Below are positions 9,341-17,833 of a DNA stretch of 32,620 bases, one piece after another. The stretch is from Gammaproteobacteria bacterium (GTDB taxonomy: Bacteria > Pseudomonadota > Gammaproteobacteria > SZUA-152): contig JANTGX010000001.1 of the NCBI GenBank assembly GCA_024762755.1, positions 1 to 32,620 of the forward strand, read 5' to 3'. Both the position numbers and the translations under genes were made by a program. Each line of letters starts with the position of its first letter. Position 1 is the first letter of the stretch. The notes beneath the pieces were generated by a model. The model had not been told where the DNA came from, did not search any database, and saw only the letters and a program-made list of their open reading frames with translations.

Positions 9341-11248
9341 ATGCTCGGCGGGATGCGCGCATTCAGAATCAATCCCCTTTTGTCGTGCCGGCGGCGTGTC
9401 TCGTGCCGACTGGTTGGGCTGTTCCTGCTCGCGGCCCTCGGTGTGGCCAACGCCGGTACGCTCGAGGAGCCGCCCCAGGCCCCGTCTCGGCAGGCGATCC
9501 AAGACGGCCTGGGCGAGGTTCAGGACCTCGCCGCGGCGCTGTACGCCGCCCGCGCCGAACCCCTGCAGACCCAGTTACAGGTGTTGTTCTCCCTGCGCCC
9601 GGATCGCCGTTTTGGCCTGCAGGGCATCACCCTGTCGGTGGATGGCGAACGCATGGCCGAACACACCTATTCGGCCGCCGAGATCGCGGCCCTCGCCGAC
9701 GGCGCCGCTCAGCCCCTGCTCAGTCTGCATCTGCCGCCCGGCGAACACCGCCTGACGGCCCACTGGCAGGGCGAGGCACCGCGCAGCGAACAGTTGCAAC
9801 GCGGCCTGGCGTGGTCTGTGCGCAGCGGCCAGGGCCGGCAGGTGGTGTTGCTGCAGCTGGCCCGGGCGGAGGGGGAGGATCTGCCCCGCCTCACGGCGCG
9901 GCCGGTGACGAGGCTGCTCGCGATCCAATACCGGGCGGCCCGTTTCGAGCAGGCTCTGGGTCGGCCGCTGGCGGCCAGCGCGCGCCTGTTGGCCGAGCGT
10001 GGGTTCGAGACCGGGGCGTCGACCGAGGACGTCGACGCCCTGCTGGCCGAGCTGTATCTGCAGCAGGGTCTGACCCTGCGCGCCGCTGCGCAACTACAGC
10101 GGCTGGCTAGGGCCGATGACCGCAGCTGGCTGTCTCTGGCCCGCCAACAGGCATGGACGGGAGATGCCGCCGGCGCCCTGCAGGCCCTGGCACGCATCGG
10201 CGACGGCCTGCCCGAGGCAATGGCGCGAGAGCGCGTGTTGCTCGAGGGCCGACTGCTGTTGGCGGTCGGGCGACTGCCGGCGGCCAGGCAGCGCCTGCAA
10301 CGGCTGGTGGAGGACGGGGGAAGGGCCGACGAGGCAGCCTATGGCCGCTTCAATCTGGCCGTGGCGTTGCGGCGTGAGGGCGACGCCGAGGCGGCGCGCG
10401 AGGCCCTCGATGAGCTGGGCCGGGCCAGGGGCGGCGGCGCCGAGCGCCAGGCCCTGCGCGACAAGGCCAATCTCACCCTCGCCTACGACCGTCTGCAGGC
10501 CGGTGAGCTGGAGCCGGCCGCCCGCTACTTCAAACGGGCGCGTCTCGAGGGTCCCCTCTCCAGTACCGCCCTATTGGGCCTGGGGCGGGTGTATGCCGCC
10601 GAGGAGGCCTACAAAAAGGCCCTGGTGCCCTGGCTGCGCCTGAGCAAGCGCGACCCCTCCGACCCCGCCGTGCAGGACGCCCTGCTGGCCGTGCCTTATG
10701 CCCTGGGCAAGCTGAATGCCTACAAACAGGCCTTGGCCTACTACAAACAGGCGGTGGCCAGCTTTCGCTTGGAGGCGGAGCGCCTGGCCAAGATCCGGCA
10801 GACGGTGGACGACGGCAGCCTGGTGCAGACCCTACAGCGGGCCTTCGTCGAAGAGGCGGGGGGTCTGTCGCAGGCACGCCTGCGTCGCCTGCCGGCGGCC
10901 ACCGGTGCCACGCACCTGTGGCAGCTTTACTCCACCAACCTGTTTCAGCAGGACCTGAGGAACTCTGCGCAGATCACCGGGTCATTGGAGAAAATCCATC
11001 GCTGGACGTCAGAGATATCCAGCGATAGCCGTCTGGCCACTGTGCGCCGCCGCGCCCTGCTGGCCCAGGCCGCCGATCTGGAGAACCGATTGAAGCCGTT
11101 GTCCCACCAGCTAGAACAGCACATGCAGGGTCTCGCCCGGCAGGAGTTGAGCCGCCGCGACGAGCGCATCAAGGCCTATGCCGAGGAGGCCCGCTTCTCC
11201 ATCGCCCAGATCTACGACTACGCGGCCAAGCGCTGGGGCGAACGTTAA
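9341..11248 (+). CDS. Secreted TPR-repeat protein (cluster gene 1)
   Basis: 635 aa. Signal peptide LVGLFLLAALGVANA-G. The C-terminal two thirds are Ala/Leu/Arg-rich helical repeats of TPR type. The start could instead be Met5 (9353). Confidence 0.8.
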   Translation: MLGGMRAFRINPLLSCRRRVSCRLVGLFLLAALGVANAGTLEEPPQAPSRQAIQDGLGEVQDLAAALYAARAEPLQTQLQVLFSLRPDRRFGLQGITLSVDGERMAEHTYSAAEIAALADGAAQPLLSLHLPPGEHRLTAHWQGEAPRSEQLQRGLAWSVRSGQGRQVVLLQLARAEGEDLPRLTARPVTRLLAIQYRAARFEQALGRPLAASARLLAERGFETGASTEDVDALLAELYLQQGLTLRAAAQLQRLARADDRSWLSLARQQAWTGDAAGALQALARIGDGLPEAMARERVLLEGRLLLAVGRLPAARQRLQRLVEDGGRADEAAYGRFNLAVALRREGDAEAAREALDELGRARGGGAERQALRDKANLTLAYDRLQAGELEPAARYFKRARLEGPLSSTALLGLGRVYAAEEAYKKALVPWLRLSKRDPSDPAVQDALLAVPYALGKLNAYKQALAYYKQAVASFRLEAERLAKIRQTVDDGSLVQTLQRAFVEEAGGLSQARLRRLPAATGATHLWQLYSTNLFQQDLRNSAQITGSLEKIHRWTSEISSDSRLATVRRRALLAQAADLENRLKPLSHQLEQHMQGLARQELSRRDERIKAYAEEARFSIAQIYDYAAKRWGER

Positions 11249-11249
11249 T

Positions 11250-14081
11250 ATGCGTCTGCGTCATTGGCTGCCCGTCGGGGCGTTGCTGCTGTCCGCCTGT
11301 GCCGGGGAGCAGACCCTGGAGGATCTCGGTGAGCTGGAGATCAAGATCGAGGACGACGCGCCCATCGCCGGCGCCCGTGACAAGGCCATGGACACCTACT
11401 GGGAGTTCATGTCCACCACCGCCGAGAAGGAACAGAAGGTCGAGGCCATGCGGCGCCTGGCCGATCTGGAGATGGAGCGCAGCGACGAGCGCTTCCAGCG
11501 GCAGATGGAGGTGCTCGACCGCATGGCCGAGGGTGAGGGCGCCGATCTGGCGACCCTGCGCGAGGTCACCTACCGCGGCGCCATCAAACTCTACGAAGAT
11601 GCACTGAAGGTGGCGCGCGGCGGGCCGCAGGAGCCCATCCTGCTGTATCAGCTGTCCAAGGCCTACGAGCAGGCAGGCCGCCAGCAACAGACCGTGGATG
11701 CCCTGCAGGCCCTGATCAAGCTGCGGCCGGAGGCCGAAAACCGCGACGAGTTGCACTTTCGCCGCGGCGAGATCCTCTTCGACATGCGACGCTTCGCCGA
11801 GGCGGAGCAGGACTACGCCGCGGTGGCCGCGCTGGGACTGCGCAGCAGCTACTACGACAAGGCCCTGGCCAAACAGGGCTGGTCGGCCTTCAAACAGGAG
11901 CACTACACTCAGGCCCTGGACGCCTTCACCGCCCTCATCGATCGCAAGTTGCGCACGGCCGATGGACGCATCGTCGATGACGACAGTCGCCTGAGCACCG
12001 GCGATCGCGAGCTGCTGCGGGACATCTTCCGGGTGGTCACCCTCAGCGTCAAGGAACTGGGCGGGGCGCCGGCCATCGCCCGCTACTTCGAGGCCAAGGG
12101 GCAGCGCCCCTACGAGCTGCGCCTGTACCGGGATCTGGGCGACTTCTATCTGCAGCAGGAGCGGATCCAGGACGCGGCCCTCACCTACCAGGCCTTCGCC
12201 CGCGCCTATCCGCTGCACCCACAGGCCTTCGAGTTCGACCTCGAGGCGATGCAGGCCTATGCCCGCGCCGGCTATGCCGGCCCCCTGATGCAGGCCAAGC
12301 AGGCGTTCGTCCGCCGCTACCGGGTCAACGGCCCCTTCTGGCGCCATCACATCGAGCACGAGACCACGGTGCTGGCCCGCCTGCGCCCCCTGCTGCGCAG
12401 CAATTCCGAGGACGTCGCCCGCTACCTGCACGCCCAGGCGCAGAAGACGAAGCGGGCCGAGGACTACCAGCGTGCCTTCATCTGGTACAAGCAGCACCTG
12501 AAGTGGTTCAACAAGAGCCGCAAGGCAAAGGAGCTCAACTTCCTCTACGCCGAGCTGTTGTTCGAGGCCGGCGACTACGCGCAGGCGGCCAAGGAGTACG
12601 AGAAGACCGCCTACGGTTATCTGCGCTACGGCAAGGATGCCGAGGCCGGGTATGCCTCCCTGCTGGCCTACACCGAGCACGAGAAACAGCTGACGGGCAA
12701 GCAGAAGGAGATCTGGAGTCGCCTGGCGGTGGGCAGCGCCCTGCGCTTCGGCAAGACCTTTCCCGACGACCCGCGCGCGGCCAAGGTCTTGACCCGCGCC
12801 GCGGAGGACATGTTCGCCCTGAAGAAATATCAGCAGGCGGCGGTGGCGGCGCGGCAGATCCTCGAGCTGTCCACCAAGACCTCGCCGCAGACCCGGCGCA
12901 CGGCCTGGAAGATCATCGCCCGGGCGGAGATCGAGAAGGGCGACTATGCGCGCGCCGAGGTGGCCTACAAGGTCGCCCTGAGCCTGACGCCGAAAGAGGA
13001 CGAGACCTCGCGCAGGCTGTTGCAGGACGGCCTGGCGGCGGCGGTGTACAAACAGGGCGAACAGATGCGGGCCAAGGGCAACCTGCAGGGGGCCATCACC
13101 CAGTTCACGCGGGTGGGGACGGTCGCCGCCGGCTCGGCGGTGGCCAGCGCCGCCGAATTCGACATCGCCAGTAGCCTGTTGACCACCGGCGACTACCGGG
13201 CAGCCATCGAGGCCCTGGCCAGCTTCCGGGAGGCCAATCCCGACAGCGAGTTGCTGCCCAAGGTGAGCCAGAATCTCATCCTGGCCTATCAGAAGACCGG
13301 CCAGCCGGGCATGGCGGCGCGCGAGCTGGAGCGTTACATGGCCCTGCAGAAAAAACCGGAGCTGCGCCGCGAGGCCCTCCTGCAGGCCATCGAGCTGTAC
13401 CAGGAGGCGGGCGAGACGGCGCGTGTGGTGGATGCCTACGAGCGTTATCTGCAAGCCTTTCCACGGCCCTTCGAACAAGCCATGGAGATCCGCCACACGC
13501 TGGCCGGCCTGGCCCGCGAGAGGGGTGACATGAGCGCCCTGCGCCGCTGGCAGGAGGCGCTGGTGCGGGAGGAACGGGCGGCGGGTACGGCGAGTACGCC
13601 GCGCACCCGCTTCCTCGCCGCGCAGGCGGCCTTCGACCTGGCCCAGCCGAGCCTGGCGGCCTATCGGCGGATCGAACTGGTGGCGCCCCTGAAGCAGAAC
13701 CTGAAGCGCAAGAAGGCGCAGATGCAGCGCGCGGTGGAGGCCCTCACCGAGGTGGCCAACTATGGGGTGGCCGAGGTGAGCACGGCGGCCACCTACCAAC
13801 TGGCCGAGGTCTATGCCGGGTTTGCCCAGGCGTTGATGGATTCGGAGCGCCCCGCTGGCCTCGACGACGAGGCGTTGGAGCAGTACGAGATCCTGCTCGA
13901 GGAACAGGCCTATCCGTTCGAAGAGAAGTCCATTACCCTCCACGAGTCCAACGTGGCCCACGTCAAGGAAGGAATATTCGACGACTGGGTGAAGAAGAGC
14001 CTGGCGCGCCTGCGCGAACTCAAGCCTTTCCGTTACGCCAGGGCCGAACGCCCTGAACCACTCGTCGAAGGTATTCGATGA
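11250..14081 (+). CDS. Large TPR-repeat lipoprotein (cluster gene 2)
   Basis: 943 aa from ATG 11250, 1 nt after the TAA of the upstream gene (TAATATG). Lipobox LLLSAC. TPR-like repeats run throughout (YQLSKAYEQAGR..., YAELLFEAGDYAQAAKEYEK...). Confidence 0.85.
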   Translation: MRLRHWLPVGALLLSACAGEQTLEDLGELEIKIEDDAPIAGARDKAMDTYWEFMSTTAEKEQKVEAMRRLADLEMERSDERFQRQMEVLDRMAEGEGADLATLREVTYRGAIKLYEDALKVARGGPQEPILLYQLSKAYEQAGRQQQTVDALQALIKLRPEAENRDELHFRRGEILFDMRRFAEAEQDYAAVAALGLRSSYYDKALAKQGWSAFKQEHYTQALDAFTALIDRKLRTADGRIVDDDSRLSTGDRELLRDIFRVVTLSVKELGGAPAIARYFEAKGQRPYELRLYRDLGDFYLQQERIQDAALTYQAFARAYPLHPQAFEFDLEAMQAYARAGYAGPLMQAKQAFVRRYRVNGPFWRHHIEHETTVLARLRPLLRSNSEDVARYLHAQAQKTKRAEDYQRAFIWYKQHLKWFNKSRKAKELNFLYAELLFEAGDYAQAAKEYEKTAYGYLRYGKDAEAGYASLLAYTEHEKQLTGKQKEIWSRLAVGSALRFGKTFPDDPRAAKVLTRAAEDMFALKKYQQAAVAARQILELSTKTSPQTRRTAWKIIARAEIEKGDYARAEVAYKVALSLTPKEDETSRRLLQDGLAAAVYKQGEQMRAKGNLQGAITQFTRVGTVAAGSAVASAAEFDIASSLLTTGDYRAAIEALASFREANPDSELLPKVSQNLILAYQKTGQPGMAARELERYMALQKKPELRREALLQAIELYQEAGETARVVDAYERYLQAFPRPFEQAMEIRHTLAGLARERGDMSALRRWQEALVREERAAGTASTPRTRFLAAQAAFDLAQPSLAAYRRIELVAPLKQNLKRKKAQMQRAVEALTEVANYGVAEVSTAATYQLAEVYAGFAQALMDSERPAGLDDEALEQYEILLEEQAYPFEEKSITLHESNVAHVKEGIFDDWVKKSLARLRELKPFRYARAERPEPLVEGIR

Positions 14082-14707
14082 CGATTTCCACCGAAGCGAG
14101 GAACCCACCCGTGCATAGCCGGAAATGGATACTGATGCTGCTCGTCCTGTGGTTGGCCGGCTGCGCCACCACGCCGCAGGAAGAGGGCGCCGAGCAGGCG
14201 CAGGCCAAAGCGCCGGGGACGGGCGTCGAAGCCCAGGCCAAGGCGGCCTTCGAACGCGCCCTGGCGGCCATGCGCGAAGGTCACGACGCGGAGGCCGCCC
14301 GCCTGTTCCAGCAGATGACGCAGACCTACCCGACACTATCCGGCCCACATGCCAATCTCGGCATCCTCGCCTTTCGTGCCGGCAAGCTGGACGAGGCCGA
14401 GGCGGCCTTCAAGCGCGCCCTGGCGTTGAATCCCAAGAGCGCCGTGAGCCTGGACTACCTCGGTGTCATCGCCCGCGAGCGCGGCGACTTCGAGCAGGCC
14501 GAGTCCTATTATCGGCAGGCCATCGCCGCGCGGCCCACCTACCCCAACGCTCACCGCAACTACGGCATCCTGCTCGACATCTACCTCGGGCGCCTGGACG
14601 AGGCGCTGGCCCAATACCGCGAATACGCCAAGTTGAGCGGCGGGGAGGACAAGCAGGTGGCGAAGTGGATCGTCGATCTGGAGCGCCGCACGGGGGCGAA
14701 GAAATGA
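14078..14707 (+). CDS. TPR-repeat lipoprotein (cluster gene 3)
   Basis: 209 aa. ATGA overlap with the upstream gene. Lipobox LWLAGC. Canonical TPRs are present (AEAAFKRALALNPKSAVSLDYLGVIARERGDFEQAESYYRQAIAARP). Confidence 0.85.
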   Translation: MTISTEARNPPVHSRKWILMLLVLWLAGCATTPQEEGAEQAQAKAPGTGVEAQAKAAFERALAAMREGHDAEAARLFQQMTQTYPTLSGPHANLGILAFRAGKLDEAEAAFKRALALNPKSAVSLDYLGVIARERGDFEQAESYYRQAIAARPTYPNAHRNYGILLDIYLGRLDEALAQYREYAKLSGGEDKQVAKWIVDLERRTGAKK

Positions 14708-14988
14708 GCCGCGCGATGGTGTTGTCTGCCGCCCTGCTGCTGAGCCTCGGTGCGCGGGCGGAGGATCGTCTGCAATTGGACGAGGCGGCCATCAAGGGCA
14801 CCCGCGAGTTGCCCAAGGTGCTCTATATCGTGCCCTGGAAGAGCGCCCGCCTCGGCGCCCTGGTGGGCGGGGTCGGCAGCCAGTCGCTGGGCGTGGGCTG
14901 GGACGTGCTGGACGACGAAGAATTCCGCCGTCAGGTGGCCTACTTCGAAATGCTGTATCCGGATAGTGGTTCTCCGGAGGTGCGCTAG
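14704..14988 (+). CDS. Small secreted protein of unknown function (cluster gene 4)
   Basis: 94 aa. ATGA overlap with the upstream gene. Signal peptide MSRAMVLSAALLLSLGARA-ED. It is the in-frame tail of track ORF 14125..14988, whose N-terminal part is off-frame junk overlapping the TPR gene. Confidence 0.65.
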   Translation: MSRAMVLSAALLLSLGARAEDRLQLDEAAIKGTRELPKVLYIVPWKSARLGALVGGVGSQSLGVGWDVLDDEEFRRQVAYFEMLYPDSGSPEVR

Positions 14989-15070
14989 TTCCCGTTGTGC
15001 GCTAAAGTTCGCCGTCGTTTTTGCCGACGAAACAGCACGACAATCAACGAATTGTGAATTTGATCAACAC

Positions 15071-15090
15071 GCCCCAAGGTGACTTGGGGC
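15071..15090 (+). other. Perfect 8-bp hairpin capped by a GNRA-type tetraloop, in the only long gap of the cluster
   Basis: GCCCCAAG-GTGA-CTTGGGGC. No T-tract follows it. Confidence 0.5.
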
Positions 15091-15178
15091 AAGCTAGAGG
15101 CTTCGTGCAGCAGGGCATGGGGTCGTCACGCCGGATTTCGACGCCGATATCCGACGCGGGTTTTCGAGGAGACAAGGT

Positions 15179-15835
15179 ATGGATGGCGTAACAGCAATCG
15201 TTAAATTCTTCCAAGATGGTGGCGTGTTCATGTACGCCATCCTGCTGGTGTTCGCCTTTGGCGCCGCCATCGCCTTGGAGCGCTACATCTATCTGACCAA
15301 GGCCAAGCTGGTCAATCGCAGCATGTGGAACAAGTTGACGCCGCTGGTACAGGCCAACAACTTCCAGCAGGCCATGGCCCTGGCCGGCAAGTCGAAGAGC
15401 GACGTCGGTCACATCCTGGCCTACGGCCTCAGCCGCCTGCAGACCACCAAGCGCCGCGACGACATCGAGATGGCCATGGACGAGGGCCTGATGGAGGTCA
15501 TCCCGCGCCTGGAGAAGCGCACCCACTACCTGGCCACCTTTGCCAATATCGCCACCCTGCTCGGTCTGTTGGGCACCATCATCGGCCTGATCCAGGCCTT
15601 CACCGCGGTGGCTAACGCCAACCCGGCCGACAAGGCCGACCTGCTCTCGGCGAGTATCTCGGTGGCCATGAACACCACCGCCTTCGGCCTCATGGCGGCG
15701 ATCCCCCTGCTGCTCATGTATACCGTCTTGCAGACCAAGACCACGCAGCTGGTGGACAGCCTGGAGATGGCCGCGGTGAAGTTCCTCAACTCTTTGACCG
15801 AATTCCGCAACCCCAGCGTCCGTAAGTCGGACTGA
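15179..15835 (+). CDS. MotA/TolQ/ExbB proton-channel family protein (cluster gene 5)
   Basis: 218 aa with three TM segments. C-terminal signature LGLLGTIIGLIQAF...AMNTTAFGLMAAIPLLL. RBS GAGGAGA upstream. Confidence 0.93.
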   Translation: MDGVTAIVKFFQDGGVFMYAILLVFAFGAAIALERYIYLTKAKLVNRSMWNKLTPLVQANNFQQAMALAGKSKSDVGHILAYGLSRLQTTKRRDDIEMAMDEGLMEVIPRLEKRTHYLATFANIATLLGLLGTIIGLIQAFTAVANANPADKADLLSASISVAMNTTAFGLMAAIPLLLMYTVLQTKTTQLVDSLEMAAVKFLNSLTEFRNPSVRKSD

Positions 15836-15849
15836 CAGGGCCGCCAGCG

Positions 15850-16347
15850 ATGTCGATCAGGGCCCGAGTCAGGCGCGCCAAACCGGACGCGCCGGAGCTG
15901 GATATCACCGCCTTCATGAATCTCATGGTGGTGTTGGTGCCGTTCCTGCTGTTGTCCGCGGTGTTTTCCCACCTCTCCGTCCTCGAACTCAACCTGCCGC
16001 CGGACACTCCGCAGCAGGCGGCCAACAAGGACAAGAAAAAAGAGCGCAACTTCGAGGTCGTCGTGCGCAAGGACGAACTGGTGGTGGCCGACACCCTCGG
16101 CGGCGTCATCAAGCGCCTGCCCAAGCGCGACGGGCGATACGATTTCAAGGCCCTCTCCGATCTGCTGGTGGCGCTCAAACTCAAGTTTCCGCAGAAGCAG
16201 AACATCAGCCTGCTGCTGGAACCGAACATCCCCTACGAGACCTTGGTGCAGGCCATGGACACGGTGCGAGAAGTGACCGTGGTGGAATTCGCCCAGGCGG
16301 TGCGCAAGGAGCTGTTTCCGCAGATCGCCATCGGTGACGCCCCATGA
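15850..16347 (+). CDS. ExbD/TolR family protein, paralog 1 (TM Asp replaced by Asn)
   Basis: 165 aa. N-terminal basic segment, then a single TM (DITAFMNLMVVLVPFLLL) and a periplasmic domain. Asn24 (15919-15921) aligns by eye with ExbD Asp25 / TolR Asp23. Confidence 0.85.
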   Translation: MSIRARVRRAKPDAPELDITAFMNLMVVLVPFLLLSAVFSHLSVLELNLPPDTPQQAANKDKKKERNFEVVVRKDELVVADTLGGVIKRLPKRDGRYDFKALSDLLVALKLKFPQKQNISLLLEPNIPYETLVQAMDTVREVTVVEFAQAVRKELFPQIAIGDAP

Positions 16348-16853
16348 AGGCCTCGCGTCGCGCCCGGCGCATGAGTCAGCATCACGCGCGCAACAAACGT
16401 GCGGCGGGGCTGAACATGGTCTCCCTGATGGACATCTTCACCATCCTGGTGTTCTTTCTTCTGGTGAGCTCTTCCTCGGTACAAGACCTGCCCAATGCGA
16501 AGCAGATTCAGTTGCCGGAATCCACCTCCCAGCAGTTGCCCAAGGAGACGGTGGTGATCACCGTCAACCAGGCGGGTATCGTCGTGCAGGGGCGCAAGGT
16601 GGCCGAGGTCACGGGGTTGACGGGCAATGACGACAAGCCCATTCCCGCGCTCAAGGCCGAGCTGGAGAATCTGGCCAAGCGCAAGCTGACGCAGACCGGT
16701 GCCGACGGCAAGCCGGTGATGCGCGAGGTCACCATCCTCGGTGACAAGTCCATCCCCTTCAAATTGCTCAAGCGCATCATGCTCACCTGCACCCAGGCCA
16801 ACTACGGCAACATCTCCCTCGCCGTGCTGCACAAGACCGAGGGCGAGGGATAG
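16344..16853 (+). CDS. ExbD/TolR family protein, paralog 2 (TM Asp conserved)
   Basis: 169 aa. ATGA overlap with paralog 1. The TM is LNMVSLMDIFTILVFFLLV, with Asp30 at 16431-16433. Confidence 0.9.
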   Translation: MKASRRARRMSQHHARNKRAAGLNMVSLMDIFTILVFFLLVSSSSVQDLPNAKQIQLPESTSQQLPKETVVITVNQAGIVVQGRKVAEVTGLTGNDDKPIPALKAELENLAKRKLTQTGADGKPVMREVTILGDKSIPFKLLKRIMLTCTQANYGNISLAVLHKTEGEG

Positions 16854-16856
16854 TCC

Positions 16857-17828
16857 ATGGCCAGTCTTTACCGCCAGTACATCCTGCCCTGGACGCCGCT
16901 ACCCGACGACGATGGCTTGCTCAAACGCATCCTCATCGTGGTGCTCGCGGTGACCGTGGTGCTCAGTGTGGTGATCCCCTTCATCCCGGTGCCGAAGGAA
17001 GACCGTAACAAGGTCGAACCGCTGCCACCGCGCCTGGCCCAGTTGGTGATGGAGAAGCAGAAGCCCAAGCCGAAGCCGAAACCCAAGCCGGTCGAAAAGA
17101 AGAAGGAAGAAAAGAAGGCGGAGAAGAAGAAAGAGGAAAAGAAGAAAAAACCGCCGGAAAAGAAAAAGGTCGCGAAGAAGCCGGAACCGAAAAAGGTCGT
17201 ACCGCCCAAGCCCAAGGTGGATCGCGTCGCCGAGGCGCGGAAGAAGGCCGCGAGCACGGGCCTGCTGGCCTTTTCCGACGAGTTGGCCGATCTGCGCGAG
17301 GTGCCCAAACTCAAGCAGGGCAAGCCCCTGGTGAAGGGGGCCAAGGCGGCCAAGCCGCGCGCCCGCAAGGTGCTCACCGCGGGCCCGGCGAGCAGCGGTG
17401 GCATCGACACCTCCGGCCTGAGCAGTGGCGTGGGGCGGAGCGAGTTGGCCGGGCGGCAGATCACCCAGGTGGAGAGTCCGTCGGAACTGGTCGCTGCGGC
17501 CAAGCCGGCGGAGGCCGCGGCCAAGCCCGGCAAGAAACCCTCGCGCACCTACGAAGAAGTATCGTTGGTCTTCGATCGCAACAAGGGCGCCATCTATTCC
17601 CTCTACAGCCGCGCACTGCGCAAGGACCCCACCCTGCAAGGCAAGGTGGTGCTGGAGATCACCATTGCGCCGTCGGGCAAGGTGACGAAGTGCCGTATCG
17701 TCTCCAGCGAGCTGAACAACCCGCGTCTGGAGCGCAAGCTGGTCTCACGGGTGAAGATGCTCAACTTCGGCGCGCGTGACGTCGACACCCTGGTCGTCAC
17801 CTACCCCATCGATTTCCTGCCCTCGTAG
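16857..17828 (+). CDS. TonB-like energy-transducer protein with a C-terminal domain of AgmX/PglI type (cluster gene 8)
   Basis: 323 aa. N-terminal TM (ILIVVLAVTVVLSVVIPFI), then the linker QKPKPKPKPKPVEKKKEEKKAEKKKEEKKKKPPEKKKVAKKPEPKKVVPPKPK. The C-terminal roughly 90 aa read IYSLYSRALRKDPTLQGKVVLEITIAPSGKVTKCRIVSSELNNPRLERKLVSRVKMLNFG. RBS GAGGGA upstream. Confidence 0.8.
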   Translation: MASLYRQYILPWTPLPDDDGLLKRILIVVLAVTVVLSVVIPFIPVPKEDRNKVEPLPPRLAQLVMEKQKPKPKPKPKPVEKKKEEKKAEKKKEEKKKKPPEKKKVAKKPEPKKVVPPKPKVDRVAEARKKAASTGLLAFSDELADLREVPKLKQGKPLVKGAKAAKPRARKVLTAGPASSGGIDTSGLSSGVGRSELAGRQITQVESPSELVAAAKPAEAAAKPGKKPSRTYEEVSLVFDRNKGAIYSLYSRALRKDPTLQGKVVLEITIAPSGKVTKCRIVSSELNNPRLERKLVSRVKMLNFGARDVDTLVVTYPIDFLPS

Positions 17829-17833
17829 AATTT

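Noticed and set aside
11169-14348. 1059-aa minus-strand ORF, the longest in the central region
   Set aside because: It is antisense to the TPR lipoprotein genes. The translation is R/A/G/L/P-rich low-information sequence (for example RRPPWPGLRRPSPALWPAPARRP) with no motifs. The plus-strand genes have signal/lipobox sequences, TPR repeats and coupled junctions. This is a typical high-G+C antisense artefact.
14125-14703. N-terminal 193 codons of track ORF 14125..14988, and the same issue for 11178..11249 and 25683..26195
   Set aside because: These are off-frame overlaps of the upstream genes. Real starts were chosen where a signal peptide, lipobox or RBS appears and where start/stop coupling occurs (14704, 11250, 25682).
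16868-17639. Two minus-strand ORFs (226 and 246 aa) with poly-F/S/L-R tracts
   Set aside because: They are antisense translations of the Lys/Pro/Glu-rich linker of the TonB-like gene. The low-complexity tracts mirror that linker.
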